Shown here piece after piece: positions 1-6,652 of a stretch of 31,938 bases of DNA. Numbering within the stretch: position 1 is the first letter of the stretch; each line of letters opens with the position of its first letter. The notes beneath the pieces are model-generated. The model had not been told where the DNA came from. It did not search any database and saw nothing but the letters and a program-made list of their open reading frames with translations. The translations under genes and the position numbers were made by a program. The DNA comes from a virus, in the UHGV virus genome UHGV-0224535; one strand, written 5' to 3'.

Positions 1-1
1 T

Positions 2-85
2 CAGGTTGCGGAGGCTATGGCCCTGGTACGAGCGCTGAACAAAATGACGAAAGCAGGTATACCTGAAAGCGTGCGTATTGCCTGA
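2..85 (+). CDS. 3' end of a gene that starts upstream of the window (C-terminal ...QVAEAMALVRALNKMTKAGIPESVRIA*)
   Basis: Frame open from the window edge to TGA at 83-85; not on the ORF track because it is truncated. Confidence 0.3.
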   Translation, partial: QVAEAMALVRALNKMTKAGIPESVRIA

Positions 86-155
86 AAACACAACCCGCTA
101 CGGGGGAGACTTACCCGAAATCTGATTTATTCAACAAAGCCATAATGAATTAACA

Positions 156-335
156 ATGTTTGCCACTGACGGAAAGCGCGTGGTTATCGCTACATGGACG
201 CATAACCATGATGATATTGTTTTTCGTCGCAAGGCTGCGGAGTGGCTTTTCTCTGATGGCGGCTACACGATGAACATCGCACAGCTTGCCAGAATGAAGG
301 ATGAAAAGCTGGTAGACAGCTACACAACTGCATAG
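156..335 (+). CDS. hypothetical small protein (59 aa)
   Basis: ATG at 156, stop TAG 333-335; followed by a hairpin plus T-run terminator at 364-389; below the ORF-track size cutoff. Confidence 0.4.
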   Translation: MFATDGKRVVIATWTHNHDDIVFRRKAAEWLFSDGGYTMNIAQLARMKDEKLVDSYTTA

Positions 336-363
336 CGGGGTAAATATGCGTATCTATGAACAC

Positions 364-389
364 AAGCGGGATAAAACCCGCTTTTTTTT
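364..389 (+). terminator. rho-independent terminator (AAGCGGG-ATAAAA-CCCGCTT followed by T8)
   Basis: 7-bp GC-rich stem and 8 consecutive T read directly; lies inside track ORF 346..549, arguing against that ORF. Confidence 0.6.
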
Positions 390-401
390 GTTCGTGCTGG
401 C

Positions 402-581
402 GTGGCGTATCAGTATCACGACTGCGGATATATTGAGGCGCTTGCTTACGACTTGGATTTCGAACAAGAAAAAGAATGGTTTGACTTCAAGATCTACAGA
501 AAGCGCAAGCCAACGCGCGACGAACGACACGCTATACGTGACTTTTTAATCAGCGTTGACCGATGGGAGGCAGACGAATGA
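402..581 (+). CDS. hypothetical protein; start uncertain (GTG at 402 is the only in-frame candidate, no clear RBS)
   Basis: Frame-0 reading ...DFEQEKEWFDFKIYRKRKPTRDERHAIRDFLISVDRWEADE* is protein-like and its TGA (579-581) overlaps the next ATG (578) in an ATGA coupling. Confidence 0.3.
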   Translation: MAYQYHDCGYIEALAYDLDFEQEKEWFDFKIYRKRKPTRDERHAIRDFLISVDRWEADE

Positions 582-871
582 AAGCAAAGAAAGCAGCAGA
601 TCAGAAAGCGTTAGTTATCGCTACAACGGATGTATCGTTATTCACGAAGGGAGAAGAAATAGATCTTAAATTGCTTTTCGGTATGTTTGAGCCACACGAA
701 AAGCCGTGGTTTGTTCATGAAGACAAACAAGGCAATATGCGCGTAGTAGTGCCGGACAAAAACAGCGACATATTTTTTGCTATTCCAGACCCGTTGCATG
801 ACGGAGAAATGCTGGCGGTATTGCTTATCGCTGATGCTGTTACTTACAAGGGAAAGAAATATGAAAGTTAA
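578..871 (+). CDS. hypothetical protein (97 aa)
   Basis: GGAGG 8 nt upstream of ATG 578; the track ORF 563..871 probably starts at this internal Met. Confidence 0.55.
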   Translation: MKAKKAADQKALVIATTDVSLFTKGEEIDLKLLFGMFEPHEKPWFVHEDKQGNMRVVVPDKNSDIFFAIPDPLHDGEMLAVLLIADAVTYKGKKYES

Positions 872-1088
872 ATTCTTGCACGATCACGGATACCCGTCAT
901 TGAAACAGGTTGTTGGTAAGGTCGTTAATGTCGCTCATAGCGATGATGTTACTTGCATGATTAATGGTGCTGATCTCATTGCCGCTGGTGCTGATGACCA
1001 TTACATCAATCCGGCGTGGTCGTATACGTTCAGCCTGGGCGACTTCGTGGGCGATAAGGGGCGCGGGCTGCAAGTAGTCGAGGGTTAA
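861..1088 (+). CDS. hypothetical protein (75 aa)
   Basis: ATG at 861 overlaps the upstream stop; chosen over the longer 777 start, which would lie fully inside the preceding gene. Confidence 0.5.
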   Translation: MKVKFLHDHGYPSLKQVVGKVVNVAHSDDVTCMINGADLIAAGADDHYINPAWSYTFSLGDFVGDKGRGLQVVEG

Positions 1089-1092
1089 TATT

Positions 1093-1341
1093 ATGGACGT
1101 TTACGAGGATGTTTACCTGGCACCTTCATCTTATAGCTTTTATTTTCTGATAAATGGAAAGGCTTATAGATGCGATTCTGACGGGGTGAGAGAAGAAAAG
1201 CTGTTTTGCACTAAAGGATACCTGGATGATTTGGTTTTTGCCGGGATATTTCGTAAACGCCCGGCTAACCTGGAAGAAGAAATGTTGATTGAGGTAATTA
1301 AAAATGAAAATAAGGGTAAGTTATTTCCGGGCGAAAGATAA
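1093..1341 (+). CDS. hypothetical small protein (82 aa)
   Basis: GAGGG RBS then ATG 1093; ...FLINGKAYRCDSDG... loosely resembles the paralog family below. Confidence 0.5.
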   Translation: MDVYEDVYLAPSSYSFYFLINGKAYRCDSDGVREEKLFCTKGYLDDLVFAGIFRKRPANLEEEMLIEVIKNENKGKLFPGER

Positions 1342-1555
1342 GGCAACAGGAAAGCAGATTGCGATCCTGGTTAACGAGGCGCAGTACATGTTTGTCCTTC
1401 AGCCGTGGTGTGTTGTAGATCTTAACGACAACTGTCGCCGCCACGCTGCGCGAAGTGCTGTTGGTATGAAAGGCTGGCAACCGCGCGACATGGAAAAATA
1501 TTGTGAATGGAAATTGGTGGCAAAATACACGGTCGATTATAAAGGGGTTTTCTGA
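1304..1555 (+). CDS. hypothetical small protein (83 aa); start uncertain (alternative ATG at 1385)
   Basis: Track ORF; overlaps the previous gene by 38 nt; its stop overlaps the next start (TGATG at 1553-1557). Confidence 0.45.
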   Translation: MKIRVSYFRAKDKATGKQIAILVNEAQYMFVLQPWCVVDLNDNCRRHAARSAVGMKGWQPRDMEKYCEWKLVAKYTVDYKGVF

Positions 1556-1779
1556 TGTTTGTAAAATGTATAAAGTCTCGTTTCCCTAATCTTTTTGTGG
1601 TTGATGAGATTTACGACATAGAAACGCTAATAAGCAGAACTAACGATATTCAGTACATTTATGATGAAGATGGCGATCCGTGGTTTTTTTATAACGATCT
1701 CAATGGTAGCGGATTCGTTGATGGCGTTGGCGGTAATGGTGTGTCAGTTGCGCTATTTATAAATGCAAATAAGGAATGA
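1555..1779 (+). CDS. small protein, member of paralogous family (motif F-x-x-G-x-IY ... D-D/E-x-G-x-W-x-F/Y-Y)
   Basis: MFVKCIKSRFPNLFVVDEIYDIETL...YIYDEDGDPWFFYND aligns position by position with the 1785, 2001, 2269 and 2511 ORFs. Confidence 0.6.
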   Translation: MFVKCIKSRFPNLFVVDEIYDIETLISRTNDIQYIYDEDGDPWFFYNDLNGSGFVDGVGGNGVSVALFINANKE

Positions 1780-1784
1780 ATATC

Positions 1785-1991
1785 ATGTATGTTAGATGCA
1801 CTGAATCAAAATCATCATGCTTTGAGGTTGGCGGAATATATACCGTAGCTCACCTGACTGGTGATGAACTTAACACCTAATACATTAAAGACGACCACGG
1901 AGACGCGTGGCGCTATTGGGATTGTTACGCACGGGGACACGTTACCAGTCATTTCGGTATGGAAGCGATCGTGCGTTTTGTTAAATGGTAA
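1785..1991 (+). pseudogene. paralog-family member interrupted by an in-frame TAA at 1878-1880 (nonsense allele, or read through)
   Basis: MYVRCTESKSSCFEVGGIYTVAHLTGDELNT*YIKDDHGDAWRYWDCYARG... is one continuous frame; the TAA aligns with a Gln in the 1555 paralog; both halves keep the family motifs. Confidence 0.5.
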
Positions 1992-2000
1992 GGGGTAAGC

Positions 2001-2258
2001 ATGAAGCATTTATATTTTGAGGTATTGCAGACGCGAGACCGCAATATTTTTGAAGAAGGGAAGATCTATTGCGGCGTTCAACTCCACGGCGCACCGGGCG
2101 GTGATGGTGCAATGGCGATAACTGGCGATGATGATAAGGTTTATTTCGCTTATGTTAGCCATATCAATAACGCCGCTGGTCTGTATATTTATCGCATAGT
2201 GCATGATTTCCGTGAGATCGCGGAGTTTTGCGCCCGCGAAGGCAGTAAACCGGAATAA
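2001..2258 (+). CDS. small protein, paralogous family member (85 aa)
   Basis: AAGGGG RBS; ...NIFEEGKIYCGVQLHG...ITGDDDKVYFAYV... matches the family motif. Confidence 0.6.
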   Translation: MKHLYFEVLQTRDRNIFEEGKIYCGVQLHGAPGGDGAMAITGDDDKVYFAYVSHINNAAGLYIYRIVHDFREIAEFCAREGSKPE

Positions 2259-2268
2259 GTGAGGGGTT

Positions 2269-2508
2269 ATGAACCGGAACCATAGATACCAGTGCACATA
2301 CTCACTATGCAGCGCGTTTTTTAAGAATGGCAAGATCTACGAAGTCGGCGCGGCATTGGTTGATGCAAAGGATCAGGAATATATTCACGCCATTACTGAC
2401 GACCAGGGCCGGTTATGGCGCTTTTATAAAATGGGGTACGGTACGGCGCTTGTTTATGCGCGTAATAGTAGTGGTGCTTTTGCTGCATTTTCATATGTCG
2501 GGGCGTAA
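2269..2508 (+). CDS. small protein, paralogous family member (79 aa)
   Basis: ...AFFKNGKIYEVGAALVDAKDQEYIHAITDDQGRLWRFY... matches the family motif. Confidence 0.6.
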   Translation: MNRNHRYQCTYSLCSAFFKNGKIYEVGAALVDAKDQEYIHAITDDQGRLWRFYKMGYGTALVYARNSSGAFAAFSYVGA

Positions 2509-2510
2509 AA

Positions 2511-2726
2511 ATGATTTTAACGTGTCACGGATCTGATCTTGATTGTTTCGAAGACGGTTGTCAGTACGAAGCGGAAAAGCCAGGCGGATTACCGAAAAAC
2601 CCGTTTTTAGTCGTTACAGACACTTACGGTCACTTATGGTATGCAGCGCCCAGCAAGGCGCGTGGCTGGTGGCTGATTCAGAATGAAGATCGCGAGGTTG
2701 TAGTGGCCCTCAGGCAGGACGAATAA
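2511..2726 (+). CDS. small protein, paralogous family member (71 aa)
   Basis: ...CFEDGCQYEAEKPGG...FLVVTDTYGHLWYAAP... matches the family motif; start 2 nt after the upstream stop. Confidence 0.55.
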   Translation: MILTCHGSDLDCFEDGCQYEAEKPGGLPKNPFLVVTDTYGHLWYAAPSKARGWWLIQNEDREVVVALRQDE

Positions 2727-2743
2727 AAAGCGTGATCTACCCC

Positions 2744-2790
2744 CGCAAAGTTTACAAAATGGCATTGTTTCAGCAGTGCCATTTTGTTAT
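2744..2790 (+). promoter_or_regulatory. candidate sigma70-like promoter (TTGTTT, 17 nt spacer, TATAAA) overlapped by a perfect 10-bp inverted repeat CAAAATGGCA / TGCCATTTTG
   Basis: Read directly in the 100-nt gap upstream of the 2829 gene; the half-site ACAAAATG recurs at 18967, 22567, 24476 and 31287. Confidence 0.4.
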
Positions 2791-2828
2791 AAAGAAGCTG
2801 AAGAGAGAACGATGCGGAGGGTAGAAAA

Positions 2829-3107
2829 ATGAAACGCTGGATTAACAAAGAAGTCGAATCTCGCTTAAACGCATTTTGGGAGATGGTGGAGAAAGAAGAC
2901 CCAGCACACGCTGCAAGCCCTTACCTGAACAACATCGAATATCACTACATTGCAGCAAACAACGCGGAGTTCGAAGAAGAAGGTGGAGCCGACAAGTTCG
3001 CACAAAGCAACGCATTCAACAACGCAAACGAAATGATGATGGCAGTCATCGAACAGGCAGAGGAAGACTACGAATGCAAATCACTTGAATTTGCACGCAT
3101 GGCATAA
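2829..3107 (+). CDS. hypothetical acidic protein (92 aa)
   Basis: Track ORF with GGAGGG RBS; strongly acidic (EFEEEGG..., EQAEEDYE). Confidence 0.6.
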   Translation: MKRWINKEVESRLNAFWEMVEKEDPAHAASPYLNNIEYHYIAANNAEFEEEGGADKFAQSNAFNNANEMMMAVIEQAEEDYECKSLEFARMA

Positions 3108-3116
3108 GGGGGAACC

Positions 3117-3257
3117 ATGAACGCTAACGCTAAATATCCGGCCTGGGTTTTCGAACTATACGCCCGCTACTTTGAAGTATTGGCACCAGGTGAAGAAGCA
3201 TTAAGCATTGACGAATACGCGGAGTGCTTAGGATTTAGAGGAGGAGAAGAAGAATAA
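3117..3257 (+). CDS. hypothetical small acidic protein (46 aa)
   Basis: GGGGG RBS 5 nt before ATG 3117; MNANAKYPAWVFELYARYFEVLAPGEEALSIDEYAECLGFRGGEEE*; below the track cutoff. Confidence 0.4.
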   Translation: MNANAKYPAWVFELYARYFEVLAPGEEALSIDEYAECLGFRGGEEE

Positions 3258-3269
3258 ACACGGGGCAGA

Positions 3270-3551
3270 ATGGCCCCATCAAACGGAGTAGAAATTATGG
3301 TTGTGATCAGACTATGGCGCGGAGTTAGTAGGCTTGATGGCACATACAGCCGTGTAATTGAGGTTGTTAACAATAGTATGTTTTATAAACTGGAATACAG
3401 CGAAAAAAGGGAGAATGAATATTTGAGCGAATCGACCCCTATGTGGTGCAAAGTGGCTGGCCTTTCTTCACTTATGCGTTGCGGGTTTTATACAGATTAT
3501 AACACGCTAACAGATGCCGAACTGGTGGCAACTCTTTACGGAGGAGAATAA
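3270..3551 (+). CDS. hypothetical protein (93 aa; alternative start 3297)
   Basis: Track ORF, co-directional packing. Confidence 0.5.
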   Translation: MAPSNGVEIMVVIRLWRGVSRLDGTYSRVIEVVNNSMFYKLEYSEKRENEYLSESTPMWCKVAGLSSLMRCGFYTDYNTLTDAELVATLYGGE

Positions 3552-3554
3552 ACA

Positions 3555-3878
3555 ATGACTAAATTTATCAGTGTTAAAGTTTTCCGTGGCACTATTCCAG
3601 AAAGTGAAAAATACGGCGAATTTAGTGGAATGCCTGGCGCATGTTTCCGTGTAGCTACAGAAGACGATAACCGTGTTAAATGTTTCCACATATCAGAACC
3701 GCCTTTCGATCCAGAACATCTTAAACATCCAGGTAAAATTAAAACGCTTATTTTCGCTTTTCTGACGATTAATCCTTACCCTGATCTTGAGGTTGATTTA
3801 GTCGGCGCGGAACTGGTCGCAGAATACAAAATAACCCCGGCAGAAAGCGGAGATTCTGAAATTGAGCGCATCAAATAA
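3555..3878 (+). CDS. hypothetical protein (107 aa)
   Basis: GGAGGAG RBS then ATG 3555. Confidence 0.6.
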   Translation: MTKFISVKVFRGTIPESEKYGEFSGMPGACFRVATEDDNRVKCFHISEPPFDPEHLKHPGKIKTLIFAFLTINPYPDLEVDLVGAELVAEYKITPAESGDSEIERIK

Positions 3879-4113
3879 ACCTTACAAAATCCGGTGTAAA
3901 GTGGAATATCCTGGCTTTACGACTGGATGCGAATACCTGGGCCATATGGGGTATGGCCCGTTCGGCGAGTTAGGAATGAATACGATTGACGACGACGGCG
4001 ACAACAGGACGCTTGATCTTGATAGCGATGATTTCGAATACATCCCGCCAGTCACTTACCGCGTCGTCGATGATTTCCTGGCTGAACATGAAGACGAGGA
4101 TGATGATGATTGA
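3862..4113 (+). CDS. hypothetical protein with poly-acidic C-terminus (EHEDEDDDD); TTG start at 3862 per track, true start uncertain
   Basis: Track ORF; GGAG upstream of the TTG. Confidence 0.45.
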   Translation: MSASNKPYKIRCKVEYPGFTTGCEYLGHMGYGPFGELGMNTIDDDGDNRTLDLDSDDFEYIPPVTYRVVDDFLAEHEDEDDDD

Positions 4114-4306
4114 ATGCCTTATCGCTGTGATTGTTTTGCTTTATATCGCTGGCGCGATCCTGATGTCATGTTTTATTAAGTTTAGCGGCGCTGAACCTGG
4201 TGGCCTTGAGATTCCTTTTTGGCCTGTGACTGTGTTTATCGCTTTCTTCGATGCAACGCTAGTGCAGATTAAGCGAGCCATTAAGGAGCGTAAAAATGGG
4301 AAATAG
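4106..4306 (+). CDS. small membrane protein (about 66 aa, two hydrophobic helices)
   Basis: GAGG 6 nt before ATG 4106 (three tandem ATGs at 4100-4108); MIECLIAVIVLLYIAGAILM...IPFWPVTVFIAFF... is hydrophobic; the track ORF 3986..4306 probably starts here. Confidence 0.5.
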   Translation: MIECLIAVIVLLYIAGAILMSCFIKFSGAEPGGLEIPFWPVTVFIAFFDATLVQIKRAIKERKNGK

Positions 4307-4520
4307 CGACCATCAATATGACGGCGTTTATCAGTCATTGGTGTCACGCGCTTATTATCGCCTTGAAGGTGAACACGTAATGATGCGATCACGCCAGTTT
4401 GAACTGTGGCATGAAACGGTTTTACCTGTGACAGCGAAAGAAGTTATCACGATGTTTAATCACGGACATTGGAGCAAGATTGGCGATATTAAGTTCAGGA
4501 TGTTTAAAGAGGGCGATTAA
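4296..4520 (+). CDS. small protein related to the 4521 and 4700 paralogs (74 aa)
   Basis: AGGAG RBS; ...YDGVYQS... N-terminal motif. Confidence 0.55.
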   Translation: MGNSDHQYDGVYQSLVSRAYYRLEGEHVMMRSRQFELWHETVLPVTAKEVITMFNHGHWSKIGDIKFRMFKEGD

Positions 4521-4703
4521 ATGATTGAAGATGGTATATACGCCGTGAACCTCATTGATGAAATGTTTTACCGCGTGGAGGGTAATGATATTCGTATCAG
4601 TATCGATGGTGGCGAGTGGAAAGAGCCATTCATGGATATGACGCGGGAAATAATTGAAATCATGCTTTATAACGGCGACGTGGTGAAGGTTAGCGACCTG
4701 TGA
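4521..4703 (+). CDS. small protein, paralog of the 4700 gene (60 aa)
   Basis: MIEDGIYAVNLIDEMFYRVEGNDIRISIDGGEWKE versus IEDGIYLHKVFNIVYLLKGNKVMIRPDDDPHWES in the next gene. Confidence 0.6.
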   Translation: MIEDGIYAVNLIDEMFYRVEGNDIRISIDGGEWKEPFMDMTREIIEIMLYNGDVVKVSDL

Positions 4704-4876
4704 ACGAGATCGAAGACGGCATCTATTTGCATAAGGTATTTAACATCGTCTATTTACTTAAAGGTAATAAGGTGATGATAAGACCTGATGACGATCCACA
4801 TTGGGAATCAAGCGGCATGGATCGCGAACACATGCAAACATTGCTTGATAATGGCCTGATATACAGAAAGCAGTAA
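4700..4876 (+). CDS. small protein, paralog of the 4521 gene; GTG start overlapping the upstream stop (GTGA)
   Basis: Similarity to the 4521 protein reaches the GTG codon, supporting a non-ATG start; below the track cutoff. Confidence 0.5.
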   Translation: MNEIEDGIYLHKVFNIVYLLKGNKVMIRPDDDPHWESSGMDREHMQTLLDNGLIYRKQ

Positions 4877-4898
4877 AGCCGTATTTGTTGGGGGTAAT

Positions 4899-5126
4899 AT
4901 GGAAGAAAGGGTTTTGCTGTCATCAATATGGCATCGGTTCGGAAGTGAAAAAGGTTACTCACCTGCTTGCTGGCTGGATAGTAAAAGCGGAAAGGAGTAT
5001 CAAAACGAGTGCGAATTTAGAAGGGAGTGGCGAGGCGGTAAGGAAGTGCAAGGATATTTTGCACCAAAACACGTTGCCGTCAAATACAAAGAATGGCTTG
5101 TTCGTTTGCTTGGACCTTATCGTTAA
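4899..5126 (+). CDS. hypothetical protein (75 aa)
   Basis: GGGGG RBS then ATG 4899; preferred over the overlapping 4885..5160 ORF, which is Cys/Gly-rich and lacks an RBS. Confidence 0.45.
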   Translation: MEERVLLSSIWHRFGSEKGYSPACWLDSKSGKEYQNECEFRREWRGGKEVQGYFAPKHVAVKYKEWLVRLLGPYR

Positions 5127-5191
5127 CGCCGTATTTGTAGAGCGCAAACAAACAGATTAAAATATTTCCTAACAATGCGAAATTGTAATTA

Positions 5192-5215
5192 CCCGGCCCC
5201 GCGCCGGGTTTTTGC
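5192..5215 (+). terminator. rho-independent terminator (CCCGGC-CCCGC-GCCGGG followed by TTTTT)
   Basis: Read directly; separates the early block from the lysis cassette. Confidence 0.6.
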
Positions 5216-5233
5216 TTTGTTGGAGGAAAATCT

Positions 5234-5434
5234 ATGTTCGACAGAATACGGGAGGCGTGTGCGTATGTGACTGGGGCCGTAACTGCTTTTTTCGGCGCGA
5301 TAACCATCAATGACATCGCTGTTTTCGTTGGTATCTTATCAACCGTAGGCACATTTGCCGTTAATTATTACTTCAAATCACAGGAGAACAAGCGGGCGCA
5401 AGAGGAACACGACGCGCGAATGGGGAACAAGTAA
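5234..5434 (+). CDS. holin, probably pinholin-type (66 aa, two hydrophobic segments)
   Basis: GGAGG RBS; two TM-like stretches (ACAYVTGAVTAFFGAITI, IAVFVGILSTVGTFAVNYYF), charged C-terminus; immediately upstream of a SAR-type lysozyme. Confidence 0.75.
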   Translation: MFDRIREACAYVTGAVTAFFGAITINDIAVFVGILSTVGTFAVNYYFKSQENKRAQEEHDARMGNK

Positions 5435-5926
5435 ATGATTAGCCAATCGCTAAAGAATAAGATTATTGCTGCGGCGGCTGGTGGGGCTATCGCTATTGCG
5501 GCGGTGATGATAAAAGATCTTGAGGGTGTGGAGTACAAGCCATACAGAGATGTCATCGGTGTTTACACGATATGTTATGGACACGTCGGAAAAGACATCA
5601 TGCTGGGTAAGACTTACACGCAATCAGAATGCGATGCTTTGTTGAACAAAGATCTTCATAAAACCGCAAAAGCGATTGACCCCTACATTAAAGTCGAAAT
5701 ATCAGATTTTACCCGCGCTGCGCTTTATTCATTCGCCTATAACGTAGGCGCTACCAACTTCAAAACATCAACCTTATTGAAGCTACTCAATGACGGCAAG
5801 AAATCAGAAGCGTGCGCACAGCTTAAACGCTGGATTTATGCTGGCGGTAAGCAGTGGCAAGGGTTAATAAACCGCCGTGATGTTGAATATGCCGTTTGCG
5901 AATGGGGTGAAACATGGAAAAGGTGA
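5435..5926 (+). CDS. SAR endolysin (lysozyme with T4-lysozyme-type catalytic spacing)
   Basis: N-terminal Gly/Ala-rich weakly hydrophobic segment [18 protein letters not shown], then E-x8-D-x5-T in [17 protein letters not shown]; overall resembles phage 21-type SAR lysozymes from memory. Confidence 0.85.
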   Translation: MISQSLKNKIIAAAAGGAIAIAAVMIKDLEGVEYKPYRDVIGVYTICYGHVGKDIMLGKTYTQSECDALLNKDLHKTAKAIDPYIKVEISDFTRAALYSFAYNVGATNFKTSTLLKLLNDGKKSEACAQLKRWIYAGGKQWQGLINRRDVEYAVCEWGETWKR

Positions 5927-6384
5927 AGACGTTAATTATCGCCGCCATTGTTTGTATTGTTGTTGGGCTTGTTGCCGCGCTTAGTCATTGCCAGTCAGTG
6001 ATAAACACAATGCAAAGCGAGCTAACGACCACGCAAGGCGCACTAAAAACAGCGAGTAACACTATTCAGCAGATGAAGGAGCGAAACGCCGAACTGTCAA
6101 AACTTGATAAGAGGTATCACGATGAAATTAAAGCTATCAGATCTGACATTGCCGATCTGCGCACTGGTATTGATAGCGGCGCTATCCGGTTGCACGTCAA
6201 CGCCGAACCAGTGCGATTGCTCGACAATACCGGAACCGCCAGCCGCATTGATGGAGCCACCTGTAGACTCACTCCAGACGCTGAATCGGCTTATCTATCC
6301 CTCAGAGAACAATTAAAAGAAAAAGACGCGAAGATCACCGGATTGCAGGACTACATCAAAACTCAGTGCTTACGCAAAGAATAA
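5914..6384 (+). CDS. Rz: Rz-like i-spanin (N-terminal TM helix, coiled-coil periplasmic domain)
   Basis: [23 protein letters not shown] then helical charged sequence; overlaps the endolysin stop; contains the embedded Rz1 ORF. Confidence 0.75.
   Translation: MEKVKTLIIAAIVCIVVGLVAALSHCQSVINTMQSELTTTQGALKTASNTIQQMKERNAELSKLDKRYHDEIKAIRSDIADLRTGIDSGAIRLHVNAEPVRLLDNTGTASRIDGATCRLTPDAESAYLSLREQLKEKDAKITGLQDYIKTQCLRKE
6122..6316 (+). CDS. Rz1: Rz1-like o-spanin lipoprotein, wholly embedded in Rz in the +1 frame
   Basis: AGAGG RBS then ATG 6122; [24 protein letters not shown] has a lipobox (LSGC); proline-rich mature part. Confidence 0.75.
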   Translation: MKLKLSDLTLPICALVLIAALSGCTSTPNQCDCSTIPEPPAALMEPPVDSLQTLNRLIYPSENN

Positions 6385-6652
6385 CAGCGCGTGGACGTGT
6401 CGCCATTTCCGCCAGCCAGCCATAACCGGGACAATCCTTCCCGCGAGCGACGGCGGAAATTCAAAAACACGTAATACCGGATCAACAGTCCCATTAACAG
6501 GTCGGGCGCTACCTGGGTAGAAGAAAGCGCCATTCACCAATTTTATAAAATTCTGGAAACGGTACTGATGAAGCGCCGTTCTCAGTGTTTTATGTCATTC
6601 CTGCCGCTGTATAAACAGGAAGTAAAAGCAAACCAGACAGGAGATTATTCTG

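Noticed and set aside
346-549. Track ORF (67 aa, + strand)
   Set aside because: A stem-loop plus T8 terminator lies within its first 45 nt and the product is low-complexity; the other frame (402..581) reads more like protein and couples to the next gene.
777-1088. Long version of the 861 gene starting at 777
   Set aside because: The first 28 codons lie entirely inside the preceding gene in another frame; an internal ATG at 861 sits at the upstream stop.
2876-3088. Track ORF encoding an Arg-rich peptide nested in the 2829 gene
   Set aside because: Alternative frame of a better-supported gene; composition typical of out-of-frame translation.
4885-5160. Track ORF overlapping 4899..5126
   Set aside because: No RBS and a Cys/Gly-rich product; the 4899 frame has a GGGGG RBS. 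Which frame is real remains somewhat uncertain.
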